NCBI GenBank assembly: GCA_043228905.1
Contig: JBHGNT010000004.1
Span: 7,192,001 to 7,256,000, forward strand
Source of the DNA: Azolla caroliniana
Lineage: Eukaryota; Plantae; Polypodiophyta
Direction of reading: 5' to 3'
Length of the DNA stretch: 64,000 nucleotides
In this document: piece after piece, positions 9,822 to 21,772 of the stretch
Layout: every line of letters begins with the position of its first letter
Position numbering within the stretch: position 1 is the stretch's first letter
Made by a program: the position numbers and the translations under genes
The notes under the pieces: model-generated
Seen by the model: the letters and a program-made list of their open reading frames with translations, nothing else
Database searches by the model: none
Told to the model about the DNA's origin: nothing

Positions 9822-10346
9822 TGTAATATTGTTAGTATTTTGTAAGTCGTGGGTCCGACGGACAAGGTCCTGTCCAACGGGCGTGCTAGGTGTTGTCCAG
9901 AGGACAGAAATGTAAAATTAGGAAATTAGCAAACGCCGAGTCCAAGTATCACAGGACACCGACGGCTCGGCTGTGTATTAGGGGAAAAGTTATTTAAACG
10001 AGGACCAATACCTCAGAGAGAGAGAGAAGAAAAATATAGGCGGAAGCACTAGCTTAGTCCTTCGTAATTAGATAAACTTGTAAGGTCACCGGCCATAGGC
10101 CGTGTTCTGTAATCTTTTCTGTCATAGTAATATATCTGAGTTGTGCCCATTTTGTTGCATGAGTCTGTGCTTTGATCCATACCTATGAGTTCAACGCCGC
10201 CCACGTCTATCAAGACCTCGCTAGTGTTTTCTCTCTGAGCCCTGTATCTCTCTCGACGCCTCTGTTATGAGCCTTCACGTACCACGCCCTTGAAGACCGA
10301 TAGCCGCAAATCTATCGAAGGTGTTCACCCAAAGGAACGGGAAACA
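9822..10346 (+). repeat. Probable 3' LTR of the Athila-like host element
   Basis: TGTAAT... follows a purine-rich AAAAGGAAA and ends ...GGAAACA, just where a different gypsy gag begins. No second copy is in the window, so boundaries are tentative. Confidence 0.4.
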
Positions 10347-13300
10347 TACAGAAGGGAGATGAATCAGAGGGACGTGTCTGAAGTGTGTCAAATCACAAGT
10401 TTCAAGAGAGTGGCGCCAACAACATCCAAAGACGCATCATCGAGCTTCAAGAAGGCCAGACAACATGGTCCAAGTTCGAGAAAGCAATATTAGTGGAGTT
10501 CGCGACGGAAGATTTGTCAAGGATGACTCGAGATGCCTTGATGAAGTGGATAGAGAAGAAAAATAAGAAGATGAGCGCCTCGAGGGTGTACGACGAGTTA
10601 GACCAGATGTATAATCATCTCCCCGCCATGGATCAAGTGCTGCTTGAGGATGACAAAACTTTGTACTTCTTGAAAGCTGTGGATATGAAGGATAGACGAG
10701 AATTGGGGACTCTCCTCGAAGATGATACCCAAGCGAACGGGCTTGTGGTAGACTAGATTGCAGTGAAGCAAGCGTGCAACAGGCACGACAAGCATCGTCA
10801 GTGGGTTGATGACACCGACTTGGCAGGATCGATCGGGGAGAAAACGAGACAACCAAAAGTAACTGCCGCCCAAACAAAGTAACCCGGAAGAAAAGAAGAT
10901 TGATGATGACATCATCGAAGAAATGGCGAAGAAGTTCGAGACGGTCAAACTAGCGAACATGAATCGTCAGGGCCCCAAAGGAAAAGAACCCTTTAGATGC
11001 GTGTGGTGCGTTAGCATGGACCACATGAGAAGGGATTGCGCGAGCCTTCGAGATGTCATTAGACAAAATATCGTATACATGGATGGCAACATGATCTGCT
11101 CAAGTGAGACTAGAAGACCCCTACGGGTGAATTTCAGAAGAGCGGGAATGAAGAAAGCTATGGAAGATGCCGAGGCAACTCATGTAGATGCGATGCACTA
11201 TGCTGCATTGGCCGGAATAAGAGTTGGGAAAGACAAAACTGAAGCTACTAGAGTGGGAGCAAAGTTTTGGTCTACCGTTCTCGAGTATGAGAAGAAGGGA
11301 AAGGTCACAAGGTGTTCATGGTGATGTGATGTGTGACAACCACAAGGTGTTCATGGATGAAAAGAGAAAAAGAATGGAAGGGCAACACAACCCATCAAAA
11401 AGACATGAAACAAGGAGTGCGAAAAAGAAAGTAGATGCAGAAACGAGTCGAGCTTTTCAAACGGAGGAAGGAGACTCAAGCTGGAAAGGGGAGTTGAGTA
11501 AACGAGTTGAAGAAACGGTTCGGCCCGTGAGGGTTGATGTCGAAGAACCTGCTCGGAAGACAAGAACTATGCCTACCTATAAGCTAAGGTTGGACATAGA
11601 GCAGACAACAGATCTAAAGAAGATTCTCAAGGAGAATGTTCTTGATAGCCACGTGACCTTGTCCTTGAGGGAATTGCTCGGCATTACGAAGGAGTTCCAT
11701 GATACAATCGTGGCCTTGTGAAGAGAAAAAGGCAACAATCGGACGAGGAAGAAGAGAAACCATTAAAAGAAAAAACAAATGTCATAATGATGGCAAGGGA
11801 CGAAGTCGATGAAGATATGGTGGGCAGCCACTATACTCGACCTCATTGGGCACGAGCGACAACGGAGATGCCGGTAAAGATCGGGGAGAAGAAGGAGGCC
11901 GTGGTAGCCTTGATTGACCATGACTCGGAGATCAACCTCATGTCAACCGAGTTCTACAAAAAAGGAAGATGGTCAATTAATACAAACCACGGATGGAAGT
12001 TTCGAGCAGCAACAAAAGCCACAGAGGACTTGTATAGAGCTTGTCCAAATGTTAAAGTCACGATGGGGGATGTGGAGATGGATCAACACTTCTTCGTGCA
12101 AGAATCGACTTCGCATTCTGTCATCCTAGGACAACCGTATATCACATCATCCCAGATGGAGACCAAGGTGTTTGATAATGGAGCAGCCTTCGTGCGAATC
12201 AAGAGTCTTGACAGCCAAAGATCTGTTCAATTCCGAATGGTGCGAGCTAATCATGAAAGAAATCAAGATAGTCTTGGAGGTGAATCCTTGGAATTTTAGA
12301 GCGGACTATTGAAACATGGGGCACAAATAGTACGAGCAATCACAAGTCCCCACAAGAAAGTAGAGCACGTGGATTGCAAGAGAACCAACACGTGTCATAC
12401 CTAGTGGCGCATGTAAACTAGTACTACTCAACAAGAAGGACAAGCGTCGGATACAAGACTTCGAGAAGATGCTAAAAGAAGAAAACATAATAAAAGAAGA
12501 AGAATTTGTGACTCATATTATGAAAGAAGCCTCATTTATTGACACCATCGGCGAAATCGAGGAAGTCGTGGAGTTGAGCTATCTTCAGGATCAACACGTG
12601 ATATCGGTTAACTTTGTCAACATGCACGCTATCATCGATGAATATCATTGAAGCATCTTGATGGAGGAAGCTGACATCAACACAAAATATAAAACGGTGG
12701 ATAGGAAGATCAAGCTAGTTGCGGTTCTGTTACAAGAAGATAGCTAGCAAAAGATGAAGGAAGTTGCAAAAGATCCAAGTTTAAGGAATTTGAAGACAAT
12801 AGTTCACTGAAGAGACGAAAGGGAAGCTACGAGTTGGAAGGGAGGATTTCCTCCTCCCTCAAGAGGAGCGAATGTTCCACAGAATGCTTGAAAGACATGG
12901 GAAGACTTTCACATTTTTTCCACGGGAAATCGGATGTGATGCTCCAAGGACAGTAGAACCGATGGTGATCTTCACGGTGCCGCATGTGCCTTGGAATTTG
13001 AAACGGATACCGGTTCCGAGAGCATACCTACCGAAGTTGATTGAGTTGTTAAAGGAGAAGGTGAATATGGGAATTCTGGAACCGTTGAACGCTCCTTATT
13101 CTAGTAGGTGGTTCACAGTGCCGAAGAAGAATGGATCATTGCGATTCATCCAAGATCTTCAACCCACCAACAAGGTGACAATTCGGAATGTTGGAATCGG
13201 TCCAAGTGTGGATGAATTTGTCGAAGCGTTTGTGGGCCAGTGCATCTACTCCATTGGCGATCTCTACTGCAGATACGATCAATTCCAATTGGCGATCGAC

Positions 13301-13530
13301 AGTCGTGACATTACAACCATGAGGACTCCGATCAGGCTTGTGGGGAGTGTACCTTACCTCAAGGTGCAACGAACTCGGTGGCTCATATAGTGAATGCCAT
13401 GAACAAAGTATTGAAGGATTGCATCCCGGGCATCAAGATGCCATGCATGGATGATATTCCGATGAAAGGATGTTCAGATGAGGAGAAGGATGAATCGAAA
13501 GATAAGGAAGGGTGTGTGTAGGATCTATGT
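10347..13530 (+). mobile_element. Degraded non-chromoviral gypsy (copy A): gag, protease and 5' part of RT
   Basis: CVWCVSMDHMRRDC knuckle, SHYTRPHWARATTE, VALIDHDSEINLMS, VIFTVPHVPWNLK and LRFIQDLQP. Homologous to 23970-27300, with many stops and frameshifts. Confidence 0.9.
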
Positions 13531-13619
13531 ATCGATGGAGTTAACTCCTCGATGTCGTTTGTGGAGTTCGGAATGGCGAATACCCTTTTGATGGCAAATC
13601 GGGCAGAGATGGTTATCAG

Positions 13620-14030
13620 ACATGTTAGCCCTAAGTGCTTCCGCGAAGTCCTCGCAGTCCTTCCGGATGTGACCGACCGCGTCACACCACAAGCACCGAT
13701 GCGTAGCCCGTGGCCTTCAGTCGCAAGGCTACTCACCGCCGTCCCTCCTTGCTTGTACCATTTGCGTCAACTCTTCTAGAGTCGTTCCTCCGGACAGGCC
13801 TTTGTCCACGTTGGTCGATGTCGAGCGTGTCTTGAGGCAATCCCGGGTTTCCTCCCTTCTTGCCGGCGGGGGTCCCTCAAGCTTTCTTGCCGTAACAGAT
13901 CCCACCCCCGATGAGCCCTTGTCACCCCACTAACACCGTTTGTCGAAATGGCCGTAGACTCTTTTAACCACGGCCCAGTCGGTTGTCAGGCCTTCGTCTG
14001 TCTCCAACAGGAGACCCACTTGCTCCCGAT
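13620..14030 (-). mobile_element. Inverted gag fragment of the same gypsy group
   Basis: Minus-strand LDREQVGLLLETDEGLTTDWAVVKRV and CLWCDAVGHIRKDC match the gag around 24470-24900. Confidence 0.85.
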
Positions 14031-14449
14031 CTAGTGACGGATGAAGAGGACCCGGTGAGAATCGGGAGAGATCTGAAAACAAGAGGAGACCTGGTGAGAA
14101 CCGGAAGAGAGCTGGTGCGAACCGGAAGAGAGACATATCTGTAAATATGTTTCAAGTATGCCTATTGAGGCTATATTTGTAAATAGCCCTAAGTTTATAT
14201 AAGTATAAATATGACTTAGGGCAATCACTTTGTAATGTGATTTGTCATATTGTTGTATGTGCATAATTAATGTACAAAGAGCGACAGAGAGAGAGAGCGA
14301 GAGAGTAGCTACGAGCACTCTCTGTTGTAACCGTCGTCTTGTGAAGATTGCGAGCACGAGGTCGTTGCCTCTGTGCCTCCACTTTGTATTTTCTCTCATA
14401 TAGTGATAGTTGGAGTCTGTGGTCTCCCGTGGTTTTTCACGTAAACATC
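14028..14449 (+). repeat. 5'-truncated Tork-like copia LTR (type X), left part; resumes at 19532-19623 after the nested element
   Basis: Similar to 37252-37862(-). ...CACGTAAACATC|CTGTGT... is continuous across the 14450-19531 insertion, and the LTR ends ...TTCACA at 19623. Confidence 0.8.
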
Positions 14450-17400
14450 TGTTAGGAAACAGGTCCCTCCGGATAGGAAGTTGAGAAGAACCGTGTTGAT
14501 GAGCAACTCGGCCGAGGCCGATAGGTTACATTAGTATATAAGCACTTAGGGCAATCATGTTAGATGTGTGCGTTATTGTAAAGTTACTGTTGACGAGGTT
14601 GTTGCCCCCGTGACTGTGAGAGTGAACGAGTGTGAGTGGAAGCGTGTGAGCTCCATAGCCGCCTGTTGGCGAAGCACGATCTCGAGGTCGTTGCCTCTAA
14701 GATCTCTGATTGTATTCCTTTCTCTCATAGTGTTCTATTTTGGAGTTTGTGGACTCCATGTGGTTTTTTTCCCAGTTCGGGTTTCCACGTTAAAATCTGT
14801 GTCATTCTCAGTTTCTGTATTCTGTTTTTCCCTTCCATTAGATTGACTATTATTCCGCACACGCAAAACTGGTTGTGGCCGGGAACGATTTCAACTTCAA
14901 ACTGGTATCAAAGCGAGCAACATAGAAAATGGAAGGAGGCGGGAGCGGTTTCCTAGGTATGATGGTTCTAAATTCACAGAACTATGCAGACTGGAAGATT
15001 AAGATGGAAGAGCTTCTCATTGTAAAAGACTTGTACGAGCCAATCGACAGATCGAAAATACCAAAGGGGGTATTGGAGTCGGATTGGAAGCTTCTGAATA
15101 GGAAAGTCGTGGCCACTATCCGACAATGTGTCGACGTAAGTGTCCTTCAGCACGTGGCGAATGACACGAATGCCCACGAGATGTGGCAAAAGCTGTCGAG
15201 TCTTTATGAGAGGAAGAATGCGCTCAACAGAACCTCACTGATGAGGAAAATAGTAAACTTGAAATACAGAGATGGCGAGAGCATGGTTGAACACGTAAGC
15301 ACATTCATGGGGTATGTAAATCGACTTGCAGCGATTAAGTTCCCCTTGGATGATGCAATGCAGGCAATCATGCTAATGTGTACGTTGCCGGAAAGCTGGG
15401 AGAACTTGGTGGTTACTCTCAGCACCTCCTGCCAAGAAGAGAACTTGTCTTTGCAGACAGTGAAGACAAGCATCATGAATGAGAAGGTGCGTCGGAAGGA
15501 CAAGGAACGGATCCCCGACTCAAAAGCGCTCCTTTCCGAATCAGAACGTGGAAGACAAAGGAACCGGAGTCCCTAGAACAGGGAAAAATTGGGGACACGA
15601 TCAAAGTCAAGGGGGAGGCCCACATGCTTCTACTGCGGGAAGCCGGGGCATTTCCAGAAGAATTGTCAGCATTTCTAGAAAGACAAGGAAACCGACAGTA
15701 CCGATTTGAAGAAGTCACCGGAACGAAACGGTGCTTACCGGGGAGCCATGGACTGAAACGGTTCGGATCCGCGAGTGCAGGACCGGAAAGGAACGACGGA
15801 AATCACGGCAAGTGAAGACGAGCTAATGCTCATCACCCAGGGATCCGCGAGTGCAGGACCGGAAAGGAACGACGGAAATCACGGCAAGTGAAGACGAGCT
15901 AATGCTCATCACCCAGGAGAGTGAACTGAACCTTGCCGGCGACGAGATGACCTGGGTGGTCGATTTCAGAGCATTGTTCCACTTGACTCCGGATAGAAAA
16001 TGCTTCTCATCCTACTTGGCTGGTGACCACGGTCGTGTTCCGATGGGGAATGAAGGTACATGCCAAATTGTCGGCATCGAAGATGTGTGGTTAACGACAT
16101 CAACCGGATGCAAGATGTTGCTGAAAGATGTCCGACACATTCCGGAGGTTCGACTGAACCTGATATCAGCCGGTCGGCTGGATGATGAAGGCTACACAGG
16201 TAGCATCCGGAACGGTGTCATGAAGTTCAGAAAGGGAGCTTGATAGTGGCTCGGGCCCAGAAAGTCAATACCCTATACTTGTTGTATGCACAACTATGTC
16301 CGGAAGAAGTGAATGTGGCATCCGACACTACCGGTGAGCTGTGGCACAAGAGACTATGTCACATGAGCGAGAAGGGGATGAAAAGGCTTGCCGATGACAA
16401 CCTCATCCCAGTGAAGAACGTGCATCTTGAGAGGTGCACCGACTGCTTGGCCGGTAAACAAAACCGGACCTCCTTCCGCTCAAGGCCACCGATGAGACGT
16501 AATGCACCACTGGAGTTGGTGCATACTGATGTATGTCAAGTGGACACGAAGTCACATGCCAGATCGCACTACTTCGTGACGTTCATAGATGACCATAGCC
16601 GGAAGCTGTGGGCCACACCGTTGAAGACGAAGGATCAGGTGCTATCCGTCTTCAAAGAGCTCCACGCGAGAGTGGAAAGAGAAACCGGCCGGAAGCTGAA
16701 GGCGGTTCGAGGAGATAACGGAGGTGAATACCGGGGGCAGTTCAAGGAGTATTGTCGCTCGAAGGGAATCCGGCTCGAATTTACCGTGCCGAAGACTCCG
16801 GAACTAAACAAGCTAGCCGAAAGGATGAACCGGACCATAATGGAGAGAGTCTGGAGTATGCTGGCGCATGCAAAATTACCCAAGACGTTTTGGGCTGAGG
16901 CACTATCGATGGTGACATATGTGATAAACAGATCACCCTCAGTACCCTTGGATGGAGACATGCCACAGAGAGTCTGGACCGGTAAGGAAGTGTCCTACCG
17001 GCATCTGAAGGTATTCGGGTGTCTTGCGTACGTGCATGTAGCTAAGGACCGGAGAGGAAAGTTAGATCCGAAGACCCGGCCATGCATATTCCTCGGTTAC
17101 AGCAACGATGAGTTCGGCTACCGAGTGTGGGACCCGGTCGACCAAAAAGTATTCCGGAGTCGAGATATTATCTTCATGGAGAACGAGACGCTCGCCGATT
17201 GGGAGTCGGAGAAGAAGATAATGAACCCCAAGTCGACCGGTAAGGAAAAATCTTGATTTGATGAAATGCAGTTCCAACCGGCAAGAAGCCGGTCAGCACT
17301 CGATGAACTGGCCGGTGACGGTGAGGAGACAAAACCGGCCGAAGAAGAAGGAATAGGTAAAACCGAAACCGGACAAGACCCCGAATCGGATTCGGATGAA

Positions 17401-19526
17401 GAGCAAGTGGAGGAGCCGGTTACCGAAGCCCAAGGACGCAAATATCCTCTCAGAGAGAGAAGGCCGCCTTGGAGATTTCCGGATCCAGAGCACGTGTTGC
17501 TGACCGATGAGGGTAGCCAGAAAGCTTTGAGGAAGCTAAAAGTGACGCCCATAGTCGCAAATGGTTAAGTGCCATGCAAGATGAGATGGATTCCTTGCAT
17601 GAGAACCATATGTACGAATTGGTGGACTTGCCGAAAGGAAAGCGGGCACTCCAAAACAAGTGGGTGTACAAGTTGAAACCGGGAGATGCCGGCAACCACC
17701 CGAGATACAAAGCCAGGATCGTGGTGAAGGGGTTCTAGTAGAAGAAGGGTGTGGACTTCGACGAGATATTTGCCCCGGTAATAAAGATGACTTCCATCCG
17801 AATGGTGCTGAGTATAGCAGCAAGCATGGACCTCGAGGTAGAGCAGCTGGATGTGAAGACGACATTCCTTCATGGTGACCTCGAAGAGGAGATCTACATG
17901 CAGCAACCGGAAGGATTCATGGAGAAAGGGAAGGAGCACCTGGTTTGCTGGTTGAAGAAGAGCCTGTACGGACTAAAGTAGGCTCCCTGACAATGGTACC
18001 GGAAGTTTGACTCCTTCATGACCGACCAAGGGTATCACAAAACACAAACCGATCACTGCGTGTTTGTAAAGAAGTTCGAAGTAGGTGACTTCCTGATACT
18101 CCTCCTGTACGTGGACGACATGTTGATCGTCAGACGGGACCAAGCGAAAATACGGATGTTGAAGAAGGCTCTCAACCGAACTTTCGTAATGAAAGACTTA
18201 GGCCCGGCAAGACAGATACTGGGGATGCACATCATCTGGGACCGGTGAAAGAAGCAATTGTGGTTTTCACAGGAGAAATACGTGACAAAGGTGCTTCAGT
18301 GGTTCAACATGTTAGAAGCGAAACCGATCGGATCGACACTCCCGGCAAATTGCAGATTATCCGGTAAGCAAAGCCCAAAGACGAAAGCAGAGAAGGCTGA
18401 TATGATGAAGGTTCCATATGCCTCTACCGTCGGGAGCTTAATGTACGCAATGGTGTGTACCTGACCGGATATAAAATATGCAGTCAGAGTGGTGAGCCGG
18501 TTTATGAGCAATCACGGCAAGGAGCACTAGAACGCGGTCAAATGGATACTCCGGTACTTGAAGGGCACTTTGAATATGTGTCTCCAATTCGGCTCCGGTA
18601 AACCTCAACTTTACGGTTTTATCGATTCGGATATTTCGGTTGATGTGGATACCAACCGGTCTACATCCGGGTAGGTAATGACATATGCAGGGGGAACTGT
18701 TTCGTGGTAGTCGAGGCTACAGAAGACGGTTGCGTTATCAACCACGGAGGCGGAGTACGTTGCAACTGTTGAAGCCGGCAAGGAAATATTATCGATGAAG
18801 GACTTCATCGGAGAGCTCTATTACGGCTCTATTACAACAGTCAAAGTGCCATCCACCTTGCTAAGAACGCAGCGTGCCATTCCAGGACGAAGCACATCCA
18901 GCGTAGGTATCACTGGATTCGGGAGCGAGTAGAAGATTGAGAGTTCGCACTGACGAAGATCCACACGATCGAGAATGGGTCAGATATGCTGACCAAAGTA
19001 CTAATACTCGACAAGCTGGATGCATGTCAGAAGCGGATCAGACTAGTAAGACATCCCATGCTGGAGTGAAGGGCGAGTTTGTTAGGAAACAGCTCCCTCT
19101 GGATGCGAAGTTGAGAAGAACCGTGTTGATGAGCAACTCAGAAGGCTAAACTTGTAAATAGTCGAAAGGTTACATTGGCAATCATGTTAGATGTGTGCGT
19201 TATTGTAAAGTTGCTGTTGACGAGGTTGTTGCCTCCGTGACTATGAGAGTGAACAAGTGTGAGTGGAAGTGTGTGAGCTCCATAGCCGCCTATTGGCGAA
19301 GTAGGATCTCGAGGTCGTTGCCTCTGAGATCTCTGATTGTATTCCTTTCTCTCATAGTGTTTTGTTTTGGAGTTTGTGGACTCCATGTGGTTTTTTTCCC
19401 AATTCGGGTTTCCACGTTAAAATCTGTGTCATTCTCAGTTTCTGTATTCTGTTTTTCCCTTCCATTAGATTGACTATTATTCCGCACACGCAAAACCGGT
19501 TGTGGCCGGCAACGATTTCAATTTTA
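14450..19526 (+). mobile_element. Full-length degenerate Ty1/copia element D (Tork/Tnt1-like)
   Basis: LTRs 14450-14899 and 19080-19526, PBS TGGTATCAAAGC (tRNA-iMet) at 14903-14914, PPT before 19080, near-TSD ACATC/ACAGC. Confidence 0.92.
14929..19069 (+). pseudogene. Disrupted copia gag-pol of element D
   Basis: NYADWKIKM gag, CFYCGKPGHFQKNC, LWHKRLCHMSEKGM, VHTDVC, LLYVDDMLI and RNase H end. It has many stops and a 76-bp tandem duplication (15765-15916). Confidence 0.92.
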
Positions 19527-20632
19527 ACAGCCTGTGTCATTTCTGTGTGCTCTCCCGTTCACTCCTATTTCTGTAATTCAAGACTCGGTTCTGGCCGAGC
19601 AATATTTTGCACTATTCTTCACAAGGTTCTTGTCATTGTCATATTGTAGTATAGAGAGAGCGACAGAGAGAGAGAGAGAGTGAGTGAGATACAGAGTGAT
19701 ACTCTGTTGTAACCGCCGGTTGGCGAAGATACAAAGCTCGAGGTCATTGCCTCTGAGGCTCTGATTGTACCTTTCTCCTATAGTGATAGTTGGAGTCCAT
19801 GGGCTCCCGTGGTTTTTCCCATTTAGGGTTTTCCATGTAAACATCCTGTGTATTTCCTTTGTATACTCTCGCTTGTGTGTACGTCTATTCCCATTACTGT
19901 GTTTCATTCTTAGAGAAGTGTTCAAGACTCGATTGTGGCCAAGCAATATTCCGCATTATTCTCTTCAATCTGGTATCAGAGCGAACAACACACAAAGTGG
20001 AAGAATCATTCGGCGGCATGTTCAAGCTCACCGGCTCCAACTACTCAATGTGGGAGTCGAAGATGAGGGATATGTTGGTGGTCAAAGGTCTTTGGTTTCC
20101 GGTTCAGTTCAGGGACAAGAGACCTGATAAGATCGACACCACAATGTGGGAGGTGATGCACATGAAAATGAGGGCATACATTCGGTGCTTCATCAACATG
20201 AGCCTCTACAACAACTCTAGGAGAAGATCGGCATCATGTTCCAGAACAAGAATGATGTTAATCGAGTTTTGGTATTCCGAAAGCTAGTGAGGCTCCGGTA
20301 CCAGGATGGCTCCAGCATGGCAGAGCATATGAGTGCCTTCCAAGGACCGATCCACCAGGCAACCTCGTTGGAAGTACCTCTCGCCAATGAGGTACTCGCA
20401 TTGCTCTTGCTCGGTTCCCTCCTGGATAGCTGGAAGACGTTAGTTGTCGCGTTGGGCAATGCCGGGCCAGAAGGAAAACAATTGTCCCTAGCAAGGGTAA
20501 AATCAAGCTTGCTATATGAAGAAGCTCCCTGGAAGGACCGGGAGTCTGGAACTAATCCGAAGTCCTTGGTCACGAAAGATGACCACAACCGGGGAAGAGG
20601 CCGGTATCCGAGTCCCCAAAACCGGGACAAAT

Positions 20633-21772
20633 TGATGGGAACTACAACGCTCCTTATATGCAACGCTCGGCCACAACCGAGCTTAGAATCATACACAGAA
20701 AAACGGGAAATAATGAACGACACAAAGAAGAGACGAGTGCGAAGGATATTTACGTGGAAAACCCAAACTAAGGGAAAAACCACGGCAACCCACAGATTGC
20801 AAACTATCACTATGCTACTGCAAACTATCACTATGCTAGAATGTACAACAGTGAGTTCACGGAGGCAACGACCTCATGCTCACGATCCTCGCCACAGGCG
20901 ACGGTTACAACAGAGGTAACGACCTCCTTCTCTCTCTCTCTCTTTGTACACAATTTCGCGCTCTCTCACTCCTTGCGCCAACAAGAATAATGACAACAAC
21001 AACAACAACTGTTTAAAAGTTTGCCCTAAGTCATATTTATACTAATATGACTTTTCAGCTATTTACAAATATAGCCATGATGGACTCTCATAAACATATT
21101 TACGAATATGTCTTTTCATCCGGTGAGCACTTCTCACCGGGTCTGCACCATCCGGCTCTCCGTAGCCGGGTACTCCTCATCCGGTCCTCACCGGGTCTGC
21201 TCCATCCGGCTCTCCGTGGCCGGGTACTCCTCATTCGGTCTTCACTGGGTCTGCACCATCCGGCTCTCCGTAGCCGGGTACTCCTCATCCGGTCTTCACT
21301 GGGTCTGCACCATCCGGCTCTCTGTAGCCGGGTACTCCTCATCCGGTCTTCATCGGGTCTGCACCATCCGACTCTCCGTAGCCAAGTACTCCTCATCCGG
21401 TCTCGCCGGGTCTACACCATCCGGCTCTCCGTAGCCGGGTACTCCTCATCAGCGCCTCTCCGGGTCTGCACCATCCGGCTCTCCGTAGCCGGTTTCGGCC
21501 TTGGCCTTTCGGCCTCGGCCGAATATGTTCATCAGCACTGTTCTTCTTCTCCCTTCCCATCCGGAGGGACCTGTCTCCCAACAAAAGTCGGTATCCGAGT
21601 CTGCACCATCCGACTCTCCGTAGCCAAGTACTCCTCATCCGGTCTCGCCGGGTCTGCACCATCCGGCTTTCCGTAGCCGGGTACTCCTCATGCGGTTTCG
21701 GCCTCGGCCAAATATGTTCATCAGCACTGTTCTTCTTCTCCCTTCCCATCCGGAGGGACCTGTCTCCCAACA
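20633..21772 (-). repeat. Solo LTR (Tork-like) with a 54-bp tandem array and a duplicated right junction
   Basis: TGATGGGAAC...CCCAACA, related to 30714-31491. Near-TSD CAAAT/AAAAT. The LTR end plus flank occurs twice (ending 21583 and 21772). Confidence 0.88.

Noticed and set aside
21133-21690. Regularly spaced repeats resembling a CRISPR array or a repeat-protein gene (ORFs 21047-21676, 31125-31661, 35976-36746)
   Set aside because: The units are head-to-tail with no unique spacers, lie inside copia LTRs and have no cas genes nearby. The ORFs appear in several frames simply because 54 is divisible by 3.
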